A DNA stretch of 64,000 nt, from NCBI GenBank assembly GCA_041659985.1, contig JBAZXE010000002.1:4714-68713 (forward strand), written 5' to 3'. How positions within the stretch are numbered: position 1 is the stretch's first letter; every line of letters begins with the position of its first letter. The notes below the pieces were generated by a model, which saw nothing but the letters and a program-made list of their open reading frames with translations, was not told where the DNA came from and searched no databases. Source of the DNA: Thermoplasmatota archaeon. Lineage in GTDB: Archaea > Thermoplasmatota > E2 > JACPAO01 > JAHFTW01. Shown here piece by piece: positions 1 through 11,661 of this stretch. Made by a program: the position numbers and the translations under genes.

Positions 1-3000
1 CCTCAGGCAGTTGCGGCATCGCTGGCTGGACTGGATCGATGTCCTGGCCCTGCGGGATGCCCATGCCGCGGCCGCGTCGGCGCCGACGCCTGCGGCGACG
101 GCCCCCGCCTTGTCCATCTTGGCCGGGGTCAACCGCACCCGAGGGGAGCATCGATGGCGCGTCCTCCAGGTCGTCTTCGTCGCCGACGACGGCGCCGTCC
201 TGGAAGGATTGGGGTTGGCGCGGCTGCGCCGGCTCATCGCGAGGATGCGGTTGGCGAGGTCCGCCCTGCGTTGGACCCTGGCCGCGCTGCGGCGCGGGGC
301 CGCGCCCATCCTGGCGTTGCGGCGGCCCGCGGCGGTCGTTGCGGCCCCGGTCGTCGCGCCGGCCGCCACGCCGGTCGTCCCAGCGGCCGCCCTGGCGCCC
401 GCCGTCATGGCGCGAGCCGGCGAAGCGGTTGACCGGCGGCGCCGGGTAGTGCAAGCGAATCTTGCCCAACGTAGACAAGAGGTCGTTGAAGGCGGAGTTG
501 TCGTGCAGCGTGCGTTCGTCGCCGACGAGGATGAAGTTGCGGCGGGCGCGGGTGACGGCGACGTTGAGGCGGCGCTCATCCTCCAAGAAGCCGAGGCGGT
601 GTTGCGGGTTGGAGCGCACCGTCGAGTACAGCACGACATCCCATTCGCGGCCCTGCGCGCCGTCCACCGTGGAGACTTCCATGTCGGGCAGGCGGCGCCG
701 GATGGCCTCGCGCTGCGCCTGGTACGGGGTCAGCACGGCCATCGTCCAGCCACGCTCACGGCACGACGGCGAAATCTTCTGCACGAGGTCAGCGACGCAT
801 TCGACCTCGAAGTCGTTGGAGATGGAGCCGTTGCGGGCGCGGTCGTTCTCGCGTCCCGTGACGTGCTGGAACGCGGCGGCGGGCAAGTCGGCCAAGCCTT
901 CCTGGGCGGCGGCCGCCGGGTCGGTTTGGATGCGGCCCTCGTAGTAGCGCCCGTTGCTGAAGGCGACGATGGGCTCGCGCATGCGGAACTGCGTCTCCAA
1001 CATGCGCGTCCGCTCGCGACCAGTCCGTTCCTCGATGCGCTCGAAGAGGGTGACGTCGAGGCCGGCCTCCTTGGCATCCATCGACACCACCGTCGGGGGA
1101 AGCTGCTTGGGGTCGCCGGCAAGGACGAGGCGGCGTCCGCGCATGACGGCGGCCAGGCTGGACGGCGCAGTGGCCTGCCCGGCCTCGTCGTGGATGACGT
1201 AGTCGAAGATGAACGGCGACAACCCGCCCTTCGGGTCGATGTAGCGGAAGGCACCGTAGTTCGTCGTGGCGACAATGATGCCCTGCTGCGCAGCCCAGCG
1301 CACGAACGGCGGCGCTTCGATGGGGTCGATGCGCGCCGCCTCGGCGGCTTCATCGCGCAGGTTCACGGCGTGGCCGACGCGCACCGCCAGGGATCCGTTG
1401 CGGCGCAATCCGACGACGAGGTTGTCGACGGCGGCGTTGGAGTCGGCGGTGACCAGCACGGAATGGCCGGCGCGCGCCAAGGCCATGGCGAGGTGAACCA
1501 GGGTGTGCGTCTTGCCGGTGCCGGGCGGGCCATGGATGAGACGAACGCGACCGCCGGAGAGGACGGCGTTGATGGCCTCGCGCTGGCTTGCCGTGAGGAT
1601 GCCCCCCGTCAATTCCTGGCGCATGGATGCCGGCGGGTCCGTCTCCCCGAGGAGGCAGGCACGCAGCAGGCCATCCGGGCCGTCGTCGACGGGCGTCGTG
1701 GCGGACAGGGCGCGCTGCGCCCCCATGACCGCGGAATGGTACGCCTCGAAGACCTTGGTGTCGAAGACCAGGTTGACGGTAAGATCGCGCGGCAGGTGGT
1801 GGCGCGGCGCACCGGCCGGGAACTCGACGGTGACGCGGCGGCGCGTGATGCGCCCGACGATGCCGCGGCACAGTTCCTCGCGCCGGCCGGCCTCGACGAT
1901 GGCGACTTCTGAGCCCGGCGCGATGTTGGTGATGGGCAGGCGGCCATCCTTGGACTCGAAGGAGAGAGACTCCGCGCCGCGGTCGGCGATGAACAGGTTC
2001 GGCAGGGCGACGCCTTCGCGGCGGCGCTCCCGTTCGGGCTGGCGGGCATGCATGTCCGCGAGGAAGTCGCGTTCGTGCTCCTCCGCCAAGATGAGGGCCG
2101 AGTTCCATTCCGCCAGGACGTCGGCGGCGGCGCGGCGGTCGCCGGCGGCGATGCGGGTCTTGTCCTCGACCTTGCGGAATTCATTCTCGTCGAGCGGGCC
2201 CTTGAGCTTGTGCTTGGCGCAGTAGGCCGTGCTGGCCTCGAGCAGAGCGGAGCTGGGGAAGACGAAGCGCAGCTCCGGGTAGCGGCCCCAGGCGGTGACG
2301 AGGTCGGCGCCCTTGGCGGCGTTAGCCAAGGCGGCGAAGGCGCGGCCGCGCCAGGCGTGGCGACGCGCGTCGTACAAAGACGGATGCGGCAGGTCGGGAG
2401 CAACCGGGGTGAAGCGCGGATGCGCGATGCGCAGGAGATGGAGGGGGCCGAGTTCGGCGGCGACCAGAAGAGACGCGGCGAGACCGCCGTTGGCACGTGC
2501 GGCAGCCTGGACCCGGTCCGGAGCGATGCTTTCCTTGGCGTGCGCCGCCATGGCGGCCTCCGCGACGATGGGACTCAGGTGGTAGAGCTCCTCGGCCGGG
2601 ATGCCGCGCAGGGCCAAGGCGACACCGACGAGGGACTCGAGGTCCTCCGCCATCATGGCCTGGCCAACATCGGTGGCCAAGAGGAGGCCCGCCGCGACGC
2701 GGTCAATCTGGTTGGCGGCCATGCGCCACGCATCCGACCACGGCGGCTGCTTGCACAAGTCGACGGGGACGGGAAGAACGACGGCGTCCTCGACGAGGCC
2801 GGGGTGCTGCAGCGTCTTGAAGGCCACCGTCGCGAGGCGAAGAATCGCTTTGCCGTCCGCCGTGGGACTGGCGAGGACCCAGCCGGTCGGGGCTTGGTCG
2901 TGACGGTCCGGCAAGTCGGCGAGCTTGAGGGTGGCCGCAGCTCCTGGAACGGCCACACCATCATGGACGATGACGAGGCCCGGCGTCTCCTTCGCGCGTC

Positions 3001-3856
3001 GGATGGCCACGTCACGGGCGCGGCTGCGCACGAACGGACCCGCCTGCAATGCGGGCAACCTGGTGGGAATGTCGGTGGCTTCCCAGGGACCCTCGGGGCC
3101 GAACTCACGGTTGCCTGCTGGCTCGGGCTTGAGCATCTCCACGTGCAGCCTGTACTGGATGCGCGGCAGGATGCCAAGGTCGCGGGCGGCGTCCTCAGTG
3201 CTGCGGAACAAAACGGGGCCGAAGGCGCGGCTCCAGGGTCGCGTCGAAAGCAGGTCGATGGCGGACGGCTGCCGACTGATGCTGAAGCGATGGCGGAACT
3301 GCGATTCCATCAGGTGGGAGCCCAGGCCCGCCGTGACGCCGTCGGCGTCGAGAAGAAGGAGAAGGCCATTGCTGGCGAAGCGGCCCCAGTTGGAGAGGTC
3401 AACCGTCTCGAGCTCCTGCAAATCCGCCACGACGAGACTGCCGTCGTTGCGGGGCTCGAGAAAATGGTGGTCGATGAGCGTGCTCGGGTTCAGGCCAAAC
3501 CGGTTGGCCAGCGTGTCGCGCAGCTCTTGGGATTCACTGGGCGTGCACGCGATGAGAACGTTGGTGGTGGGACTTGCGTTGACAAGCTCCGCCATCACGG
3601 CGAAAGGAAGATCCCCGATCGGTAGCCCCAGGCTGAGGGCGACGAGTCCGGTGCGCCCGCCATCCAACCAGGCCTGGAACGATTCGCGCTGCCAGGCATA
3701 CGGCAAATCGGTGGCCCCGATGCGGCCCAACGTCCCCGATTCGCCACGCGCACGGTTCTGCGCAGCTCGGACCGTGGCGTCATCGAGCGCTTCGAGACGG
3801 CATTGAGAGCACGAAGCGCGCAGATTGCCGTGAGGACAGTAGCGGCTGACCGCCAT
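1..3856 (-). CDS. Upf1/DNA2-like SF1B helicase, multidomain (>1285 aa); C-terminus lies beyond the window edge
   Basis: Absent from the ORF track because there is no stop in the window. The minus frame is open from ATG 3856-3854 to position 1. My translation gives MAVSRYCPHGNLRASCSQC (Cys4 knuckle), LIHGPPGTGKTHTLVHLAMALARAGHSVLVTADSNAAVDNL (~1540-1420), VIHDEAGQA (~1195), RRLNVAVTRAR (~575), then an RG-rich tail. Confidence 0.9.
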   Translation of the reverse strand, partial: MAVSRYCPHGNLRASCSQCRLEALDDATVRAAQNRARGESGTLGRIGATDLPYAWQRESFQAWLDGGRTGLVALSLGLPIGDLPFAVMAELVNASPTTNVLIACTPSESQELRDTLANRFGLNPSTLIDHHFLEPRNDGSLVVADLQELETVDLSNWGRFASNGLLLLLDADGVTAGLGSHLMESQFRHRFSISRQPSAIDLLSTRPWSRAFGPVLFRSTEDAARDLGILPRIQYRLHVEMLKPEPAGNREFGPEGPWEATDIPTRLPALQAGPFVRSRARDVAIRRAKETPGLVIVHDGVAVPGAAATLKLADLPDRHDQAPTGWVLASPTADGKAILRLATVAFKTLQHPGLVEDAVVLPVPVDLCKQPPWSDAWRMAANQIDRVAAGLLLATDVGQAMMAEDLESLVGVALALRGIPAEELYHLSPIVAEAAMAAHAKESIAPDRVQAAARANGGLAASLLVAAELGPLHLLRIAHPRFTPVAPDLPHPSLYDARRHAWRGRAFAALANAAKGADLVTAWGRYPELRFVFPSSALLEASTAYCAKHKLKGPLDENEFRKVEDKTRIAAGDRRAAADVLAEWNSALILAEEHERDFLADMHARQPERERRREGVALPNLFIADRGAESLSFESKDGRLPITNIAPGSEVAIVEAGRREELCRGIVGRITRRRVTVEFPAGAPRHHLPRDLTVNLVFDTKVFEAYHSAVMGAQRALSATTPVDDGPDGLLRACLLGETDPPASMRQELTGGILTASQREAINAVLSGGRVRLIHGPPGTGKTHTLVHLAMALARAGHSVLVTADSNAAVDNLVVGLRRNGSLAVRVGHAVNLRDEAAEAARIDPIEAPPFVRWAAQQGIIVATTNYGAFRYIDPKGGLSPFIFDYVIHDEAGQATAPSSLAAVMRGRRLVLAGDPKQLPPTVVSMDAKEAGLDVTLFERIEERTGRERTRMLETQFRMREPIVAFSNGRYYEGRIQTDPAAAAQEGLADLPAAAFQHVTGRENDRARNGSISNDFEVECVADLVQKISPSCRERGWTMAVLTPYQAQREAIRRRLPDMEVSTVDGAQGREWDVVLYSTVRSNPQHRLGFLEDERRLNVAVTRARRNFILVGDERTLHDNSAFNDLLSTLGKIRLHYPAPPVNRFAGSRHDGGRQGGRWDDRRGGRRDDRGRNDRRGPPQRQDGRGPAPQRGQGPTQGGPRQPHPRDEPAQPRQPQSFQDGAVVGDEDDLEDAPSMLPSGAVDPGQDGQGGGRRRRRRRRRGRGMGIPQGQDIDPVQPAMPQLPE

Positions 3857-3983
3857 TTGGGGCTCCGGTAGGAGAATTGCGAAGGAGTCGCAGGAAAGGG
3901 GGAGCGCAAGGCGCTCGACCCAGGAATGCAAGGGAAAAGGAGAATCCAGACACGATGCGACGCAGCGGTCGCGGCAGCCTGGA

Positions 3984-3994
3984 GTGAAAAAGAG
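3984..3994 (-). terminator. oligo-T tract directly 3' of the 5S rRNA
   Basis: The minus strand reads CTCTTTTTCAC immediately after the 5S terminal helix. Archaeal RNAP terminates at T-runs. Confidence 0.4.
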
Positions 3995-3997
3995 TGG

Positions 3998-4115
3998 TGG
4001 ACAGCGATGACTTTTCCCGTCAGCTCGCGCATGACAGTACAACGGTCAACGTGGATCTGCTTAACTTCCGTGTTCGGGATGAGAACGGGTGAACCAAATC
4101 GCTATGGCCGTCCAA
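3998..4115 (-). rRNA. rrf: 5S rRNA
   Basis: The minus strand reads TGGACGGCCATAGCGATTTGGTTCACCCGTTCTCATCCCGAACACGGAAGTTAAGCAGATCC...GCGAGCTGACGGGAAAAGTCATCGCTGTCCA. The terminal helix is TGGACGGC/GCTGTCCA. Ends are +-3 nt. Confidence 0.85.
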
Positions 4116-4169
4116 CCACAAGTGTGAAGCACCGCCGTCCACGCCGCGCAAGGCGGAACGGACAGCGGC

Positions 4170-4247
4170 GCGATTGCATACGCAGCCTATTGGAAGCAGA
4201 AAACCGAAGTCGATTGAACTCGATTTCGGCATACAGTCATGTCATTG
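4170..4247 (-). other. 3' arm of the pre-23S processing helix
   Basis: 4173-4187 ATTGCATACGCAGCC is the exact reverse complement of 7172-7186 GGCTGCGTATGCAAT. Further complementary blocks (GCAGAAAGCCGAAGTC / GACTTCGGTTTTCTGC) follow. Confidence 0.75.
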
Positions 4248-7120
<2,873 letters not shown>

Positions 7121-7188
7121 TAACTGAAGTCGAACTCGATTTCAATTGACTTCGGCTTTCTGCTTAGTCCAGGCTGCGTATGCAATGT
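7121..7188 (-). other. 5' arm of the pre-23S processing helix
   Basis: Complementary to 4170-4247 (see that feature). Confidence 0.75.
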
Positions 7189-7359
7189 CAGGAATTCTGA
7201 CCGCCATTATCGGCTGCCGGGCACCCAACTGGGGCCGGTCGAATCCTGTGTCTGCCAGGATCGCCTAGGCGTTCCCACAACCAATCCGGTCGGATTGGTT
7301 GCAGATGTTTGTTTTGGCGGACACTCTTGCGAGGTCCAGGCCTTCCCCTTTCGGGGAAG

Positions 7360-7432
7360 TGGACTCGTCGGGATTTGAACCCGAGGCCCCCGCGTTGCAA
7401 ACGCGGTGCTCTACCAACTGAGCTACGAGCCC
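7360..7432 (-). tRNA. tRNA-Ala (UGC) in the 16S-23S spacer
   Basis: The minus strand reads GGGCTCGTAGCTCAGTTGGTAGAGCACCGCGTTTGCAACGCGGGGGCCTCGGGTTCAAATCCCGACGAGTCCA. The anticodon loop is TTTGCAA and the G3:U70 identity pair is present. CCA is not encoded. Confidence 0.92.
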
Positions 7433-7468
7433 GGACCGATGTCCGGATCCGCGCTGTTGGATCCGCCA

Positions 7469-7594
7469 GCACGAGACAGTCTTACTTGCAAATCCGATGA
7501 ACCTAACCGGAATCGTATAGTGCCCGGTCGGCCCGCTGGTTCCTTGGCTGTGTTGCAACCAAGGGACACTCCTGAGAGGAGTGGTACGAAATAT
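7469..7594 (-). other. 3' flank / processing-helix arm of pre-16S
   Basis: 7469-7479 GCACGAGACAG is the reverse complement of 9189-9199 CTGTCTCGTGC. The inner blocks (CCGGTCGGCCCGCTGGTTCC vs GGAATCAGCGGACCGACCAGG) are also complementary. Confidence 0.75.
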
Positions 7595-9064
<1,470 letters not shown>

Positions 9065-9199
9065 TGATCCACCAACACGGTCATGTTGATGGATGATACA
9101 CACGTTGTGCACCATCCTCTTCAGGAATCAGCGGACCGACCAGGAATCACTGGATTCCGGTTCGGTTCACCAAATTTGCATGTCTTTGCTGTCTCGTGC
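9065..9199 (-). other. 5' leader / processing-helix arm of pre-16S
   Basis: Complementary to 7469-7553 (see that feature). Confidence 0.75.
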
Positions 9200-9379
9200 A
9201 TCAGGCGCGTGAGGTCACGTCGCTTGCCGGCCAAGGCCGGGGCGTCGGGTTTCACCGCCCTCATGAATGTCCAGCAGGCTGGATGGACCGCCTCATTGTG
9301 GGCAATGCCCTCTCGAGGTCCAACGTGCCTGCGGGTTCTCGTCGAGGCAAAACCTCGACGGCAGGGATGCTCAGCATCC

Positions 9380-9416
9380 CTGGGTAGGCCGCGGCCAAGC
9401 CGCGACCCTATTTGAT
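9380..9416 (-). promoter_or_regulatory. rRNA promoter-like repeat P1 (TATA-like CAAATAG plus conserved CCTACCCAG)
   Basis: The minus strand reads TCAAATAGGGTCGCGGCTTGGCCGCGGCCTACCCAG. The same TATA-like motif and the same 20-nt spacing to TACCCAG occur in P2. Confidence 0.5.
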
Positions 9417-9535
9417 TCTTGCCCGCCCGAAGCGCCAGAAGGCGCTCTAGAGGAGCAAGATTCGCCGGCCTGAGCGCCAACCCCTTGCGGGGCGACTCGG
9501 CCGGTGTCCGGTGGCCGCCATATCGGCGAAGTCCA

Positions 9536-9572
9536 CTGGGTAGGAATCGCCGAGAGGCGACCCCTATTTGTA
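9536..9572 (-). promoter_or_regulatory. rRNA promoter-like repeat P2
   Basis: The minus strand reads ACAAATAGGGGTCGCCTCTCGGCGATTCCTACCCAGTGG. The offset between CTATTTG and CTGGGTAGG (plus strand) is 28 nt in both P1 and P2. Confidence 0.5.
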
Positions 9573-9682
9573 GGCTCCGGTCGCCACGAATTGTGGCGGT
9601 GCCGAGGCCAGGAAAGATCGTGTCTGCGTCGGTGGCAGACGGTTTCCCTTGCCGCCCGGGAGGGCGGGTCACAGGGTCCCGA

Positions 9683-9720
9683 TGTCGGGAGTTTCGCCCA
9701 AAGGGGACCCCTATATGACC
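9683..9720 (-). promoter_or_regulatory. rRNA promoter-like repeat P3 (weaker)
   Basis: The minus strand reads TCATATAGGGGTCCCC. It shares the ATAGGGGTC core with P1/P2, but the downstream TACCCAG is not conserved. Confidence 0.35.
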
Positions 9721-9820
9721 GTTGGGGCGGCCGGGATCCCTGGTGGACTCTCACTCCGGTGCCTCCTCGGATTGGAGGGCTCGCAAGATAGCCCTTCCTG
9801 CTTGGTTTCTTCCAGGAGGG

Positions 9821-10252
9821 CTACAGGAGAGCGCGCTTGGTGCTGGGACGGCCGCCGTGGACGGCTCGGCGCAAGGCCGCGAGTTCTCCTGGAACCGCCT
9901 CCAGCGTCCTGCTTCGACAGGCGGCTGCCAGACGGCGCCGGCTTTGCACGTCCACTTGGACGCGGTGCTTCAGCTCATCCTCCAGGCGATCCAGGAGGTG
10001 CCCTCCAGTACGGTCCCAGTCCAACAGGAGGACAACGGGTGTGCTGCACTGCACCAGGTCCTCGATGAGGTCGGCTAGCGGCTTGCCTCGATGCAAGGTC
10101 AGATGCGTCCCTCCGATGCCAAGCCAGTCGAGGGCCGCGATGTCCCGCGCGCCTTCGACCACCACGGTCCCCGATTCCGCCGTCTCGCGCAGGCGGTCGA
10201 TGGCGTCCTCGAGCTTTTGCAAGCGCTCTTCGTCGGCAAGCGTCCCGGTCAT
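9821..10252 (-). CDS. Toprim-domain protein (small primase-like / RNase M5-like, COG1658-type)
   Basis: VVVEGARDIAALDWLGIGGTHLTL...VVLLLDWDRTGGHLLDRL matches the Toprim E...DxD pattern. There is a 4-nt overlap with the upstream DUF167 gene. Confidence 0.7.
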   Translation of the reverse strand: MTGTLADEERLQKLEDAIDRLRETAESGTVVVEGARDIAALDWLGIGGTHLTLHRGKPLADLIEDLVQCSTPVVLLLDWDRTGGHLLDRLEDELKHRVQVDVQSRRRLAAACRSRTLEAVPGELAALRRAVHGGRPSTKRALL

Positions 10253-10590
10253 TCGCCGTCTGCCTCCTGGAAATGCGGTGCAAGCGCGGCGAGCACCACA
10301 GCGCGGTCAAGCCCCATCAAACGCACGGATTTGCGACGGTCTGTCATGCCGCTTTCGAGGTGGACTCGTGCCGTTGGATGCTGGAAAAACGCCGCAAGCG
10401 TGCGCACCACGTCCGCGTTCGCTTCGCCGTCCTGCGCCGGCGCGCGCACACGCATGCCGATGCGCTTGCGCCACGGCTCGAAGCCGTCGGGGAAGCGGGC
10501 TTCCTTGGCGCCAGGCGACACGTCAAGGAGCAGCCGCGTGCCGCCAGGCGTCGCCTCCACTGCGTCTTGCCAGGAGGGCACACGCCGCAC
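10249..10590 (-). CDS. DUF167 / YggU-family protein
   Basis: The C-terminal ~100 aa of track ORF 10249..10983 (WQDAVEATPGGTRLLLDVSPGAKEARF...RVRAPAQDGEANADVVRTLAAFF...SGMTDRRKSVRL) look YggU-like. The upstream 130 aa are not protein-like. I moved the start to GTG 10590 (or 10583). Confidence 0.65.
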   Translation of the reverse strand: MRRVPSWQDAVEATPGGTRLLLDVSPGAKEARFPDGFEPWRKRIGMRVRAPAQDGEANADVVRTLAAFFQHPTARVHLESGMTDRRKSVRLMGLDRAVVLAALAPHFQEADGE

Positions 10591-11058
10591 AACAGGAGGG
10601 ACGCAAACAAGTTGGCGGTCCGCGCGCGGGCGCGCCCAACCCGCGCCGCCAGCCTTAACCGCACGGGCGTCAACGCCGACGTGCCCGACCCGAAGGCTCC
10701 CCGAGACCGCAACTGCGGACTGTGAGAGGGAGCGCAATGGCCGGGCGACAGGCGCGGCACGACCTCTGGTCCGCCGCAGTCCAGACCGGTTTTCGCCGGA
10801 ATCCTGGGCCGACGCTCTACCCAGAGCGGCCCTCCCCCGAGACCTCAGACGCGACGTCACTCGATGAGGGGGAGACAACATCGGCCCGGACATCGCCGCG
10901 ACCACGCCACATGGCCGCTGGCGGGATGGCCTCTGCTGCCCCACAATGGGGACGGCCGCCCGCTGGGTCTGCCAGGGAGCCAAGTCAAGGGTCCGACTGT
11001 CCCGTCACCGGGATTGGATGAAGGGCCCCGTTACCTTCCTGGGCAGCGGCGCCCGTTC

Positions 11059-11127
11059 GGATTTCCGGAACTGCCTCGATTGACAGCTTGCCAAATCCGT
11101 CAAATCCTGGGAAAATCCCGCCAATCA
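11059..11127. repeat. GATT/AATC-box dyad element, anchored on the stop codon of the 11125 gene
   Basis: Boxes are GGATTTCCGGAAC 11059, AATCCGTCAAATC 11094 and AATCCCGCCAATC 11114 (20-nt spacing). The coding strand reads TGATTGGCGGGATTT starting at the stop codon. Confidence 0.7.
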
Positions 11128-11571
11128 ACTGGCTTGGGCGCCGGGCCGGTTTCCGTACACGCCGCGCGTCCCCTTGCGGGCATGGTCGCGGCGGGCGACG
11201 GCGTCCTGCATGACGTGGACGAGAATTTGCGGCGTCACGCGGCCCTTGACGAGGTAGCCCATCCCACCGCGGCGCTTGGCGGCTTGCTCCATCTCGTCGT
11301 CGTCCAGACCCGTGAGCACGACGATGGGCACATCGGCGACCGCTTGCACGAGGCGCACGAGCGTGTCGAGACCCTGCGAGTCAGGCAAGCCAAGGTCGAG
11401 GAGCACGAGGTGGATGCCGCCGTCGAGGAGGCGGCGGACGCCCTCGGCAAGGTTGGGCGCGACCTCGAGCCGGTACTCGATGCCGTCGGTCTCGCCGAGA
11501 GCCAAATCGAGCAGGCGGGCGTCCTTGGGATTGTCTTCGACCAGGAGGAGTCGCAGGGAGTGGTCCGCCAT
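11125..11571 (-). CDS. response regulator, receiver domain only (CheY-like)
   Basis: LRLLLVEDNPKDARLL...HLVLLDLGLPDSQGLDTL...PIVVLTGLDD...GYLVKG. Confidence 0.9.
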   Translation of the reverse strand: MADHSLRLLLVEDNPKDARLLDLALGETDGIEYRLEVAPNLAEGVRRLLDGGIHLVLLDLGLPDSQGLDTLVRLVQAVADVPIVVLTGLDDDEMEQAAKRRGGMGYLVKGRVTPQILVHVMQDAVARRDHARKGTRGVYGNRPGAQAS

Positions 11572-11661
11572 TGCGCCACGCCATGGCAGGCCGCCTCTGA
11601 TAAGGGATGCGGCGCGCCACTGTCCTGGTCTGGGGGCGAACGGCGGCAGGGACCGTGCCGG

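Noticed and set aside
11-3625. Long plus-strand ORFs 11..1912 (633 aa) and 2048..3625 (525 aa).
   Set aside because: They are Ala/Arg/Gly/Val/Asp-rich with no motifs. They lie exactly antisense to a minus-strand frame carrying the helicase motifs I, Ia, II and VI. These are typical high-GC shadow ORFs.
10591-10983. N-terminal 130 aa of track ORF 10249..10983.
   Set aside because: The sequence is Arg/Ala/Ser/Pro-rich and not protein-like. DUF167 proteins are about 100 aa. An in-frame GTG at 10590 gives the expected size.
10591-11058. Tried to identify the gap as RNase P RNA or SRP (7S) RNA.
   Set aside because: I could not find GGAAAGUCC (CR-I) or ACAGAACCCGGCUUA-like CR-V. I also could not find the helix-8 GGAA tetraloop with AGCA/GNAR context on either strand. 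The region is kept only as an unidentified ncRNA candidate.
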